DNA of 64,000 bases, taken from Felis catus. Lineage: Eukaryota. Position numbers and translations under genes: made by a program. Within the stretch, counting starts at the first letter, position 1. Every line of letters starts with the position of its first letter. The notes beneath the pieces are model-generated. The model was given only the letters and a program-made list of their open reading frames with translations, ran no database searches and had not been told where the DNA came from. The stretch is from the NCBI RefSeq assembly GCF_018350175.1, contig NC_058368.1:187736001-187800000 (forward strand), written 5' to 3'. Below are positions 36,633-50,002 of the stretch, piece by piece.

Positions 36633-36664
<32 letters not shown>
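36633..36664. repeat. (AC)n microsatellite
   Basis: Perfect run. Confidence 0.95.
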
Positions 36665-36668
<4 letters not shown>

Positions 36669-37430
36669 TGGAGGCCCCTACATGGCAGTCCCCAAGAAGA
36701 GCCTCCAGCAGGCCCTGGATCGGGGAACCAGCTCTGCCTCTTTCCCAGAACCCTGTCAGGTTTGATTTTTGGGTGCTTCTGACATTTGTCTTAACCTAAT
36801 ATTGATGTAGAATCCTATGTTTGGGCAGAGAGAGGCTGCCATTGAGATTTTTTTTTTTTCCACTTACTCACAACCCTTTGGTGGGGAAGGTTTGGAGCTA
36901 GAACTGGCAGAATGAGCCAGATTAAGGATGCCCCTTCACCAGGTCCCACACTGGAGTAAGATCCTCCCTCCTGAGGGCCTCAGCGTCTTCCCACCCTTTG
37001 TCACGCTGCCAAGTGGCATCTCTGGGGATCTGGCCAGGAGGACCAGAAGAGACCTTGTAATGCAGGACAGCAGGCACTGTCTGTTCTCTCTGCAGGGGGT
37101 TTCCCAGCTGCCCTGGAGCCTGGGAATCTTCCAGCCTGGGATGAATCATCCTGGCCCTCTGCCTTCACCCCCTCCATTGCTCTGCCTGGACCCAGCTACA
37201 GAGTGAGGCCACTAAGGCCAAAACTGATGTTCTCCCTTCTCTGTGGCTAGAGAGGCCAGGAGATGCAAGCTGCAGCCTCTCTAGGACACCATACCACAAA
37301 GAGAAGAGTGGTACAGGAAAGTGCTAACAGAAGCCGACCTCCAGGAGGAGAGGGAGGGAGACCCGTCATGCTTTGCGATGTGTACTACAGCGGACCTATT
37401 TCAAGAAACAATTAACAAGAGAAAGCATCA

Positions 37431-37938
37431 AGGGGTGGGTGGCTGGCTCAGTCATAGGCATGCTACTCTTGTTCTTGGGGTCATGAGTTCGAGCCCCATG
37501 TTGGGCATAAAGTTTACTTAAAATTTTGTTGTAAAAAAATGGTAAATCAGTGAGTGAGGTGCCTGGGTGGCTCAGTAGGTTAAGTGTCCGACTTTAGCTC
37601 AGGTCATGATCTTGTGGTTCGTGAGTTCCAGCCCCACGTTGGGCTCTGTAACAGCTCAGAGCCCTGGAGCCTGCTTCAGATACTGTGCCTCCCTTTCATT
37701 CTGTCCCTCCCCTGCTCTCTCTCTCTCTCTCTCTCTCTCAAAAATAAAATGAAAACATTAAAAAAAAAAAAACAATTTTTTTAACAGTAAATCAAAACAA
37801 GCAAACCATATTTATGGGGCACCTGGCTGGCTCAGTCAGTAAAGCATGACACTCTTGATCTCAGGGTCATGAGTTTGAGCCCCATGTGGGAGTAAAGTTT
37901 ACTTTTAAAAAAAGGAGAAGGAGAAGAAAAAGGAGGAG
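37431..37938 (+). mobile_element. Cluster of three same-orientation Can-SINEs under one outer TSD
   Basis: Heads at ~37432, ~37557 and ~37816; outer TSD aagagaaagcatca at 37417-37430 and 37939-37952. Confidence 0.85.
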
Positions 37939-39292
37939 AAGAGAAAGCATCAGTTTGGGGCTGGATGCTAGAGCCCCTAGAGGGGAAGGTGGGCCAGGCT
38001 AACCGCAAAGAGTTAGCAGAGTCAGCCATGGCTAGATGGAGGGGCTCTGGGTCTCATCCCCTTGTCTTGGCCTCGGAAAGATGAAATTGTGCCTTCCCAA
38101 GAAATTCCTTATGTGAGTATTTGTTCAGGAAAGAGATACTTTTGAGCGCCTACTTTGTGCTTTGTACTACACCATGTGCTGGCCAAGGTCCCTCCTTCCC
38201 TGGAACAAATAGCCCTATAGAGTGTGTGTGAGGTATAGACAGGGAAACAGGCGGACAGTGCCAAGTGGGACTGGGGCTGACTGATGCACTACCATCAAGG
38301 TGGGGTCTGATAAGCAAGGGAAGCCCTCCCAGCGGAAGTGATGTGGAAACTGGGGTCCAAAGAATGAATCAAAGCCAAGGAAGGCTGGGGGCACAGGGAG
38401 AAAGCTGTTCCAGGCAGAGGGAGTCTGAGGGAGAGATCCAGCTCTGGGACAGAGAGAGGATGTGGATTTCTTATAGGATTTGGGAGCTGTGTGGTCTTAT
38501 CTCTAGCTACCTTTGAGCCCAGACAGCTTTCAAGCAGATCCTGGGCATACGTACAGTGTCTGGTCTTCCTGTGTGTGCACATATCTCTGCCCAGGGGGCC
38601 AGTGAATCACCAACTCCAGAATGGGTATGTTTTTGTGGTTGCCTCCTGACCGTGTGCCTGACTAACACAGGGCCAGGCACATGATCAGGATCAATTTCTC
38701 TTGAAAGGTTCTGTTGCAAGTTCATGATCTCCCACTGAGAGAATAGAGATCCAGGGACAATGAGTCATTAGCTCATCAGATATTTGTTGAGCACCTACTC
38801 CATGTCAGACGTGGGCTAAGCATTGGGGACTGAGGAGAGAACAAGCAAACAAGTTTCCTGCTGGAATGGAGTTTACATTCCACTGGGGGAGGGACAAGGT
38901 GTGCAGAATATCAGATAGCACGACTGCCAGAAAGAGGACAACACAGGTCTTGTGTTAAGAGGGTGGGTGGGTGGGTGGCCAGAGAAGCTTGGCTGGGGAG
39001 GTATCACTGGGCCATCTCCCATTTGAAAACCTGCAAGAGCTCAGGGGAGGGCCGAGGACTTGACACCCTGGAGAGTCAGGGGAACAAAAGGAAAGGCACT
39101 GAGGCTGGAGCAAAGGGAATGAAGGCATGAGGGGGGTCAGGGCAGAGACAGGCAGTGACTAGATGGTAGAGCACCCTGTGGCTGATGTAAGGATTTGGAT
39201 TCTATTTCAAGTCAACTAGGAAGTCTTCCAAGGTTCTAAGCAGAGATGTGGTGAGGCTTGATCTGCCCTTTTAAAAGATCACAACAGCCCCC

Positions 39293-39489
39293 GGGGTGCC
39301 TGGGTGGCTCAGTCGGTTAGGTGTCTGACTTTGACTCAGGTCATGATCTCATGGTTTGTGAGTTCAAGCCCGGCATCGGGCTCACTGCTGTAAGCACAGA
39401 GCCCACTTCGGATCCTTGCCCCCCTCTCTCTCTGCTCCTCCCCAACTTGCACTCTGTTTCTCTCAAAATAAATAAACTTAAAAAAAAAA
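39293..39489 (+). mobile_element. Can-SINE
   Basis: Typical head and tail; TSD aaaagat.aca.cagcccc. Confidence 0.9.
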
Positions 39490-40451
39490 GATGACAGCAG
39501 CCCCAGAGATTTGGGGTATATTTTCAAGGATAAATGAAAATAAGTTGCCAATATGTTGGACGTGGGTTGAGGGAAGGGAAGAGTCCTAGAAGACTCCTGG
39601 ATTTGGGGCCTATGCAACCAGTTACTCTAGCTGTTGTCGTCAGAAAGAGCTCATTTCGGGGGTCAGATAGGCCCAAATTTCAGTCCTCATTTAACTTTTT
39701 CAAGCCTTGGTTTTCTCTTCTGAAAAATGACAATGAATGACAGTTGCCCACAGAGGGTGTTAATTCTTGTCCCTTGACCAAAGAGATTACAGATATCCAG
39801 AAAGATAAAGTGTCCTGTCTAAGGTCACATAGCCAGACAAAATACCTCTAAGTTTGCTCACAGGAAAGCCAGGAAGATGTATAGAGGCCCCAGAGGCCAA
39901 CCTAATACCCAGTTCAAACCTCAGCTCTGAGCATGCGACTCTTGATCTCAGGGTCTTGAGTTTGAGCCTCGCATTGGGTGTAGAGATTATTAAAATAAAC
40001 TTTAAAAAAAAATCTCAGCTCTGAGTCTCAGTTTCCTTATCTGTGAAATGGGAATATATTTTTATCTCCTAGGCCTGAGGTGATTAAATGAGATATTGCA
40101 AGGTGAGCCCTAGCACAGTATTATCACATAGTAAGCACTCAGGAAATGGGGGGAGTGTGGGACCTGTCCTCCAAGTCCCTATGTTCTGTTGGGGACACAT
40201 GTCAGCTACCACATGAAGAATAACATCATTCATGCAGTAGCTTCATCTGTGGTCTGACTTCATCCCCACAGTCATGCTGCAATTTGTCAGTATTTGGCAG
40301 ATGAGAAAACAGCTCCAGCAACGCCAAAGAACCAGCCCCAAAGCTCACAAGACAAAGCCTGAGCTGTAAACAGGGGGAGTTACAAATTGATGCCAGTGGC
40401 CAAGTTGCCTGTTTTAGCGCAGTCTGCAAGCTAGGAATGGTTTCTAAGGTG

Positions 40452-40507
40452 TTTTTTGTTTTTTTAATGTTTACTCAGTTTTGAGAGAGAGGGAGAAGAG
40501 AGAGAGA

Positions 40508-40574
<67 letters not shown>

Positions 40575-40696
40575 TGAAGCAGACTCCAGGCTCTGACCTG
40601 TCAGCACAGAGCCCAATGCGGGGCAACTCAGGAACAGTGAGATCATGACCTGAGCTAAAGTTGGAGTCTTAGCCTACTGAGCCACCCAGGCGCCCC
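40452..40696 (-). mobile_element. Can-SINE with expanded (GA)n tract
   Basis: Reverse head gagccacccaggcgcccc; (GA)n at ~40483-40571. Confidence 0.9.
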
Positions 40697-41169
40697 GGCT
40701 TTTACGCTTTTAAAAAATATATAAAAAAGAATAAAATTTCTTGTAACAATTATAAGAAATTCAAATTTCAGCTGCCATTAACAAGGTCTAATGGGAACAG
40801 CCTGGCTCATTTGTTTAAAGGCTGCTTTCGCTACAAGGGCAGAATTGAGTACAACAGAGACAGTAGGGCCTAGAGAGACTAAAATTTTCACTCTCTGCCT
40901 CTTTATAGAAAGCGGGGGACGGGGTTGCAGCGGGGGAGAAAGTGTGCAGACCCCTACTGGAGGGTACCCCTTCACTGCAACAGTTCTCTCCCCAAGGAGG
41001 TAGGATGGATAAATGCCATCCAAAACAACCCAGGGTCCACTTGAAGGCCTTGAGGGAAGGTATTTTCAAATCCGAAGAAGGCGCGTCATTACACAGACCG
41101 CTCTAACCTGGAGGGACCTTGGAGAAATGGAGCCCAGCCGCCTCTTTTTAGATGAGAAAAACTGAGGCC

Positions 41170-42180
41170 CAGAGACGGAAGGCAACCTGCCCGAGGCCAC
41201 CTAGGACCCGGCAGGCATCCAGGTCGGGGGTGGGCGTGGGGGTGGGGTGGAGCTTCTCCCCGGCGGCCAGATGCGAGCCAGCTCCCGGGTGTGAGGCGCC
41301 TGGGGCCCCTGGGGCCTCTTCCGTTCAGTTGGGCCCCGAGGGGCTGCAGGTCCCAGGGCCGGGAAAGCGGGCGGCCTAGGAGGCCTCTCTCGGGCGGGAA
41401 AGGGGAGGGGCCTCGGCTCGCCCACCTTTACTCCCGCCTCGGCGCTGCCCCGGGGCTTGCCCTCCCGGAGCCCCGCTGGCTGTAAGGAGGGAGCGCGCTC
41501 CGCCGGGGGCTACCTGGGTCAGGGGTTCGGCCCGGCAGTCTTTTGTCTTTCTATTTTGCAAAGCACGAAGACACGCCCCGTTCCCCGGGCTCCGAGAGCA
41601 GCAGGGACGCGCGCGGCGGGGGAGCGGCCGGGGGGAGGGGGGGGGACAGCCCCGGGTGGGGCCCTGGAATCCGAGCCCCGCCCCAGCCGGTTCCCCTGGG
41701 GGGAGCCGGGAGGGCCGGCCCCGGGGAGTTCAGCAGGCTCCTTTCAGTTGCAGCCTGCAGAAATAAGAAACCGAATAGCAAACATTTATTAAGGGCGGGG
41801 CTCAGGATAGGTGCGCGCAGAGTTCGTCGGTGAAACTGTTAGATCCTACGCCTCCACAAGCCCGAGCTTCCCGTGGCGTCCATCGTCCCTCACCTGGCCC
41901 TGGCTGCCACAAGGCTCTGCACGACTGATTTGACCCAGATTTCCCCCCTTCCGCGACCACCCTTCCCTCGTGCCCTCCGGAGCTGCAGTCTTCAGCAAAC
42001 TGACGGATACTCAGCTTCTCCGCACGTTGCTTTCACCTTCCTGCCCTGAAACCTGCCCACCCCACCCAGGACCCCAACCTTACAACCCCTTCGTGGGAAG
42101 CTGTTAACTTTCCCACACACTGCAGTAGATCGGGGCGTGGAGGTGGGGGGTAAGGGCACTCTCTTGCTTGCTCCTCGTGG
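41170..42180. promoter_or_regulatory. CpG island / probable promoter or strong enhancer
   Basis: About 1 kb of very GC- and CpG-rich unique sequence with GC boxes (ccccgcccc ~41676, gggcgggg ~41793), in an otherwise CpG-depleted window. Confidence 0.8.
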
Positions 42181-42785
42181 AGCTTTGCAACCCATTTCTC
42201 CTCCCTTTGCCTCCCATTTCTCCTCCCTTTGCCTTCTCTACTCATTAAGTCCCGTGGACTTACTACTACCAGTCTAGACGACCCACAACCCCGCTTGTTA
42301 CTGAAGGGAAAAAAACATTCTCCTCTATCCTTCAAGCTTTAACTGCTGAACTAAGAGCTAAATTTACATGGGATAGATTAGCAGGAGACAAAACACCACA
42401 GTTTTATAACGTGTGCTCAGAGGCCCAATAGTGAAATTGAGACCCAAAGAAATGACTAAGGCATACTTTTTAGACAAAGGGAATAAGACTGAGGAATCCA
42501 CCAGACAAAGACAATTTAACTTTGGGAGCTTTAGTAAGGAATGCTAAACAGAATTTGGGCTGGGGTGGGAAATTAGTGAGAAGTAACAGGCTTGTTCATA
42601 CAGCTTTCTGGGCCCTAAATTTCCCATCTCTGGATAAGGCTGTCTCTTTATCTCCTGGTATAGGGAGGGTGCCTTTCACGTGGTAGCTTTATTTCCTGCT
42701 TTAAGGGGGACAGAGAAGGGTCTGGGTGTCTCACTTGCACAGGCTGTCTCTTTGGTAACTTTTATTTAAAATCACCACTATGCCA

Positions 42786-42990
42786 GGGACACCTGGGTGG
42801 CTCTGACTCTTGATTTCGCCTCAGGTCATGATCTCACAGTTGGGATCTAGCCTCAAGTTAGGCTTTGCGGGGACAGCACGGACCCTGCTTAGGATTCTCT
42901 CTCTCCCTCTCTCTCTACCCTTCCCCTGCTCCTGCTCTCTCTCTCTCTCTCTCTCAAAATAAATATAAAACATGAAAAAAAAATAAATAT
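42786..42990 (+). mobile_element. Can-SINE with small 5' internal deletion
   Basis: The head gggacacctgggtggct joins directly to ctgactcttgatttc; TSD aatcacca. Confidence 0.85.
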
Positions 42991-43183
42991 TTATAATCAC
43001 CAGTCTGCCAAAGTGGCCCATCTTGGGACAGTCTGCTCTTGGTCCCTACCTTACTTTCTCCTGCAAACTTCATTAAAGCGACTCTCACTGGTCAGACATC
43101 TCCCTTCCTCCTGTCACCTTCAACCCATCTCAGCCACTTCCTCCCATGGTGGTATCTTTAACCCCTATCACCAGCATTACTAT

Positions 43184-43391
43184 TTTTTTTTAAATGTTTA
43201 TTTATTTTTGAAAGAGAGACAGAACCTGAGCAGGGGAGGGGCAGAGAGAGAGGGAGACACAGAATCTGAAGTGGGCTCCAGGCTCTGAGCTGTCAGCACA
43301 GAACCCGACACAGGGCTTGAACCTATAAACTGCGAGATCTTGACTTGAGCCAAAGTGGGATGCTTAATCAACTGAGCCACCCAGGCGCCCC
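43184..43391 (-). mobile_element. Can-SINE
   Basis: Poly-T, body, reverse head gagccacccaggcgcccc. Confidence 0.9.
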
Positions 43392-43907
43392 TAAGAGGTC
43401 CTCATTCTCTTTGACCAGCACCTCCTGTCCCTCCTTTTCCCTTCTCTTCCCTCCAGCATCTCGTAACTTCATCTGGACCTCCAACCTATTGTTTCTCTTA
43501 GTCACCTCCCTTCCTTCCAGCACTATATCCTTCCCAGACTCGCCCTAGTATTAGTTTTGTATTACTTCCCCTTGAGTGGAATGCTTTCTTGAAAAGCTTT
43601 TGTTCTCCCACAGAAATGTCTTGGTTTTCCTTGTACTTCACTGGCTGACCCTTCTCATTCTCTGAAACAGGTTCCTCTACTAGGCATCAAAATGGCACAT
43701 CCCACTCCCTCTCCTCACACGTGGTCCTTGAACTCCTTCTTAAATCAAGGCACTTCTAGGTGATCCTGTGCTATGCTGTGACTTTAAGTAGCACTCACAG
43801 GCCATCACACCATCATTGATGTCTTCAGTTCTGACTTCTCTGGGGTCCGACCACTAACTTGACCCCTCCACATGGATGTCTAATAGTCATCTCAAAGCCA
43901 ACATTTA

Positions 43908-44107
43908 GGGGTGCCTGAGTAGCTCAGTGGGTTAAGTGTCTGATTCTTGGTTTTGGCTCAGGTCATGATGTGACGGTTTGTGAGTTCGCGCCCTGCGTCT
44001 GGCTCTGGCTCTGCACTCACAACATGGAGCCTGCTTGGAGCCTCTCTCCCTCTCTCTCTGCCCCTCCCCCTCTCAAAATAAATAAACTCAAAAGAAAACA
44101 AAAAAAA
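43908..44107 (+). mobile_element. Can-SINE within an L2 remnant
   Basis: TSD aaagc.a.cattta; L2-like flanks (tccacatggatgtctaatag). Confidence 0.85.
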
Positions 44108-44547
44108 GCTACCATTTATTCACTGAAGTGGTCCTCTGCTATTTTCATGCTGATAGGACTCTCTCCCCATGTCCCCAGTCCTATGTCTTCCCCACTGCCA
44201 TCAATGGCATCCAAACACAATTAAGCCCAAACATGGTGTCATCTTTGATCCCTCTCCTCCCTTCTATGGCCACAAGCAGCCTCTCAGGAGTCCTTGTCAA
44301 CTCCAAATGAGTCCTTGTCTCCAATAGGTCTGAACACTTGACCCCTAGATTATCACAACAGCCTCATCGCTGATTTCTGTTTCTTCCTCCAGCCCCTTCA
44401 GTCTATTCACACAGCAGCCAGAGTGACCTGTCAGGTCAAGCCACGCCTATGCTCAAACCCTGCTGTGTCTCCTATTTGTCTCCAAGTGAAAGTCCCTTCA
44501 GTGGCCCGCAAGGCCTAATGACCTGGGGCTCAAGACCTCTTATCATG

Positions 44548-44885
44548 GTCTGTTTAGGGCTGCTGTAACAAAATACTACAAACTGGGCAGCTTATCAACA
44601 ACAGAAATTTATTTCTCACAGTTCTTGAGGCTGGAAGTCTAAAGACCAGGGAGCCAGAACAGTCAGGTAGGGGTCATAGACCTCTCTCTGCATCCTCACA
44701 TGGCAGCAGGGGGCCAGGAATCTCTCTGGGGTCCCCTTTCTCAGGGCACTAGTGCCATTCATGAAAGCTCTGCCCTATGACCTAAGCACGTTCCAAAGCC
44801 CCCACCTCCTAATATCAGCACTCAGCACTTGGGGATTAGGATTCAACATATGAATTTTGAGGGGCCAGAACATTCAGACCATAGC
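44548..44885. mobile_element. MLT1A-type (MaLR) solo LTR
   Basis: gggctgctgtaacaaaatac...aacagaaatttatttctcacagttct...aacattcagaccatagc. Confidence 0.8.
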
Positions 44886-47092
44886 CCCTCTTGGACTCCT
44901 CTCCTGTTAGTCCACTCAGCCACATGTGCCTTCCTTCCCCTTCTTCCTTCTCTATGCTCATTCCCCCACAGGGCCATTGACTAGTGGTCTCTTCTGCCTG
45001 GGAAGCTCAGTCCCTCACCTCCCACATTTGGTTCAATGTCACCTTAGTAGGGCCAAAAGGAGGCACTTTTCCTCGTAATCATAAGGTCTTCTTAGGGGCC
45101 AGAGGTGACACTGTTGTTGACAAGGGCAGGAAATTGTGTCTGTATTGCCCTCTGATGAGTACTCTGCACCTTCCAGAGTGCCTGGCACACAGGAGGCACT
45201 TTGAAAGTATTTTCAGAGTAAGTGAAACCAAATCCCCTGCAGCCTTAGGGCCTTTGCTCAGTGGTTCCTTTCCCCCGGCTCTGTGCCACTGAAACGTCAA
45301 GGTCCTCTCCCAGTGCAAAAGCCTCAGCTTCTCTTACATTTCCCTGATGACACTTATCACCTAAAATGCTTGGTGTCCGGCTCCCTGACCTGACGTGAAG
45401 TTATAGTCTCCTTTCCCAGTGGTATCTGACCACAGGGAGATAGGTTCTCGATAAAGACTAACTCGATCACATGAACATTTGCATTACTATACTTCTCCCT
45501 GACCCTCCCAACCCAGTGCTAAATAGTGAAGAGGGAGGAAAAGTCCTTTGTGTTTTTAAATCAACTCTGTTCCTAAATAACTTCTAGCAGCCACAGCCCA
45601 AAGAACCATCCATTCATACATTTATTTGACCAACCTTTATTAGGCATCCCCATGTGCCTGGGGCAATGTAAAGTGCTGTATACATTAGTTATATATACTT
45701 GATATCCATTTAATCTTTATAGCTCTATGACATAGTGTTATTACCCATTTTACAGATGAGGACATTGAGGAACATGGCAGGAAGGTCTAGAGTCTGCTAA
45801 ACCTTAAGACCAGGAAGGCCTGAAATTCAGGCCAGAAATTCTAACCAGACTCTAGACAGAGCTGACTGGATACCCTTCAGACATCTCATACTCAACAGGT
45901 CCTTAGAATTTGACTTCTCCATACTTCTCTTCCATGGTTCATCACCCCTACTCCCACGCTTCCATCTGCCTGTCATCCCAGCAGGAAACTGGCCTCACAG
46001 ATCTAATCCAGCACCAAAGCCCTCCTTATCTTTGGCAACTCCACCAACCCAGCTTCTAGGCATCTGTCCCCACCCCGTACCCTTCCTCTGGATCCTGAGC
46101 TTTCTAAATGCATCATATCCTGCAGCAGTTCCAAAGTGTCCCTCTGTCCCTCCGATGTCTTATCTTGAGCATAAAGTCCACACTCCAGTCACTTGTTGAA
46201 TCTCCACTTCTACCTTGCTCCTTCTACTCTCCCTAAAGCTCTGGCCCCAGCTGTGGCTCAGATTGGAGCTCTCTTATACCTCTGGGCCTCTGCTGGCCTG
46301 GGTTCCTCTCTTTGTCTGGACAAATGCTTAATTGGCCCATAAGACTCAGCTTGGTCTTCTCTATCCCCTAAGACTAGATGACGCTGTGACATCCAATGCT
46401 CATCCCTACCCTACTGGAATTGCTTGTCTGTCTGTCCTGTTCCCCAGGTAGAACGTAAGCTGCAGAAGTGCTAGGATCCCATTGGTCTTGGAAACAAGGG
46501 CCTGGCAGACAGAGCAGGCACTCAATAGCACATTCGTTGAATGAGTTTTCACAGTTGTCCTAGTGCGGGGCTGTCACACTCATGTAGTGGAGTGGCCCAC
46601 TTTGGAGTGAGATAAATGGGTTCACGTCCTGCTTCTGACAGTATTTGTAGGGGTGACTTTAGGTGGGGTGCTTGGCTTCACTGGGCCTGGCATCTTCCAC
46701 CTGGAAGATGGGATGATAGAATCATCTCCAAGTGGTTAAATTAAAATGCATGACTGGTGGGAAGAGCTTTGCAGACAATATTTATTAACTAGTGGTTCTG
46801 CCTACTTCTGCTGCTCAGCGGGATATGGTAAATGACAAAGATGAGGATTTGATGATCAGACTGCCTGGGTCCAAACATTGATTCCTCCATGATTTAGCTG
46901 TGTGACTTTGGGCAGGTTACTTAACCAACTTGAGCCTCAGTTTTGCCATATAAATTGGGGTAATAGTGCCCCCAGGATCTCCGCAGGGTTGCCAGGAGAA
47001 TAAAATGCGATGATGTATATAAAGCAGTTAGCATGATGTCCCCATAATGGGTGGCTGTATTTTTAGCCATAGCTAAAAATGTAGCACATTTG

Positions 47093-47299
47093 GAGATCAT
47101 GACCAGAGCCAAAGTCAGACGCTTAACCAACTGAGCCACTCAGGTGCCCCTAAATCTTGTTTTTCATACTGAATGGAGGATTTAAGGGAATCGCAACATC
47201 TTGACTTTAAGAATAAACTGGCAATCAGTGAGACTGGGGGGAGGGGGAGAATAAACTTCCGATTTCCCCCTGACCAAAAAAAAAAAAAAAAAAAAAAAA
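47093..47299 (+). pseudogene. Short polyadenylated retro-insertion (5'-truncated retrocopy or orphan 3' transduction)
   Basis: TSD gtagcacatttg at 47081-47092 and 47300-47311; AATAAA at 47250-47255; A24 at 47276-47299. Confidence 0.75.
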
Positions 47300-48466
47300 G
47301 TAGCACATTTGAGTCCTGTAATGTAGTGTGATGGGCAGGAACCCTGGGTTCTCCATAAGTGACTTAGAGACAAATTCCTTCTCTCTGCTATTCAGTTTTC
47401 ACTGAACAAAGGGTCAGCTCAACTGGCTCCCTCGAGCTCTGAAGTACCTCAATTCTGAATCCTGCCTGCTCTTTGTCACCCCTAACACTATCTGGCACCC
47501 TCTCTAAGGAAAACCTTTTCCAAGGAAAGAGGACAGGCCCTTTTTCCGTCCCTCCAACTCTGCTCCTCAGCCTCATCAAAGCTGGCTTACTCTGTGACTC
47601 AACCTTCTGGGGTCCCTGTGTTTCTGGCTTCCACTGGGTGCTAATGGGTTAATCTGAGGCACTAATGGAACCCACAGGAACTCAGTGTTAGCTCACTAAT
47701 GGGTCGCCCCATCTGCCCTCCCTGTAACATAATGCCTTCACCCTGGTAAAAGGCACTCAGGGATTTCCTGTTGGCTCCAATCTGCTGGTTTCTGACATAT
47801 TGAAAGGCAGAGGCTGGAGAGGGAAGGAGGCAGGTTGATAGAAGAGGGGACAGGATGCAGGAGGCTCTGAATCAGCAATCAGGACACCTGGGCTCCCATC
47901 ACAGCACTGCCACTGACTCGCTATGTGAGCTTGCGTGAATCCATTCCCCTCTGTGAGCCTCAGTTTCCTCATTTGTGGCATGTACAAGTTAAGCTGTAAA
48001 TGCCTTGCTGGTGCTAACATTCTGGAATTATCCAATCCTGTCACTTTCTCGGCTGAGGGGTGAATGTCCTTCCAGCATCATTCAACCTCCACAACTATTG
48101 GGCACCTACCGTGTGCCAGTCTATGCCAGGCACTGTGGACAGGGGGTGGCAGTGTGCAAATGAGGCGCTGTCCTACCCTACGAGTTCCCAGGCCCTGTGC
48201 TGTTCTGCTACAGCTTGTCTATTCACAGCATGGAAGAGAGCAGAGAGCCCTCCATGCTTACTGAGAACCTCCTGTCTGCCAGACTGAGGGCACAGAGCAA
48301 ATACAGATGGCTGCAGTTCTTCCATTCCTTTACGTTTTCTGATGACACCGTTTTCTCACCTCCTAGCCTTTGCACAAGCCATTCCCTATGCTTGGAATAG
48401 TCTTACCTCCCCTGTTCTTTGCCCATTTAACTCAATTTCTTTTTCAAGCCTTGCCTGCCTGCCTTC

Positions 48467-48616
48467 NNNNNNNNNNNNNNNNNNNNNNNNNNNNNNNNNN
48501 NNNNNNNNNNNNNNNNNNNNNNNNNNNNNNNNNNNNNNNNNNNNNNNNNNNNNNNNNNNNNNNNNNNNNNNNNNNNNNNNNNNNNNNNNNNNNNNNNNNN
48601 NNNNNNNNNNNNNNNN
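48467..48616. other. Assembly gap (N-run)
   Basis: Run of N. Confidence 1.
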
Positions 48617-48738
48617 GAGCACTTACCATATGCTAGGCTGTGCCCAGGGTTTGGGATCCAGGAGTGAACAAGACACACTCTGTCTCTGTCCCCTGGGAAC
48701 TTATGGATTCTTTGGGGAGGAAACAGCCAATTAAACAA

Positions 48739-48741
<3 letters not shown>

Positions 48742-48785
<44 letters not shown>
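48742..48785. repeat. (CA)n microsatellite
   Basis: Perfect run. Confidence 0.95.
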
Positions 48786-48786
<1 letters not shown>

Positions 48787-49176
48787 CAATACAATAATTT
48801 AAGTTGCAATGAACATGAGAGGGACAGAAACAGGGCTGAGCTAGAAGGGTGTGGGGCAGCACTCTTGCAGGTGCATGTGCATAGCTCAGAGGCAGGAAAG
48901 CAAATGGCTTGTTACGAGAATGGAAAGGCCTGTGTACTGGAGCATTGGAGGGAGGAAGGCAAGCAGGGAGGCTGGAGACAGGGCCTGGCTGGAGCAGATC
49001 AGCCTAGGACTCCTCCCTCATGTTTGGATACGTGCTCACCCTTTATTTCCCCATCACAGCAGGCATCACAATGGATCATCACTGCCTGCTCATTTCCCTG
49101 ATCCCCCCAATAGACCACAAGTTCTTAAGACAGAGACCACTTCCTGACTTCCTGTAAGTGTTGTGCCCTTTATTCG

Positions 49177-49531
49177 TTTTGTTTTTTTTTAATGTTTAGT
49201 TTATTTATTTTTAAGAGAGAGAGCAAGCACACACTCGAGCAGGAGAGGGACAGAGAGAGGGAGAGAGAGAGAGAGAGAGAGAAACCCAAGCAGGCTCTAC
49301 TCTGTTAGTGTCAGCATGGAGCGCGATGCGGCCTCGAACCCACAAACTTTGACATCATGGCCTGAGCCAAAACCAAGAGTAAGACACTGAACTGCCCCCC
49401 CAGGAACCTCTCTTTTTTTTTGTAAAGATTTTATTTTTTTAAAGTAATCTCTACACCCAACATGGGGCTTGAACTTACAACCCTGAGATCAAGACTTGAA
49501 CACTTTACCAACTAAGCCAGCCAGGCACCCC
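49177..49531 (-). mobile_element. Two tandem Can-SINEs (long + short type)
   Basis: Two T-tails and two reverse heads; outer TSD ccctttattc. Confidence 0.8.
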
Positions 49532-50002
49532 TACCCTTTATTCTTGACTCACTGAATAAAGCAAAATACTAATCATCCATAGACCTGCCAGACACTGTCT
49601 CTCCAGTCAGCTTCATGTCAGTTCATGGCACCACTGTTCATCCAGCAGCTTAAACAAAATGCCCAGGAATCATTGTGGACACTTTGATTTCCATTTCTCT
49701 CCTCTGGCTATCCAGGAAAAGACCTGTCCCCTCTATTTCTCACCCCATCCCAGATCTGCCATGACCTCTGCCCTGGCGCCAGCCTCCATGAGAACTCTGC
49801 GGCCCTCTCTTCCATTTGCCCCATCAGCCCACTCCCCTGCTTTAAATATTGGCAAGTAATTTTTTTTTTTAACTGTGCAGATTGAAAAGCAAAACAAAAA
49901 CAAAAGCACAGTCACTTCCCACTGTGCTTGAAATAAAATCTTTATCCCAGCCTACAAGTCCTTGCTGGGCCCCAAGCTCCTGTCCTACGCTGTCCCCTTT
50001 CC

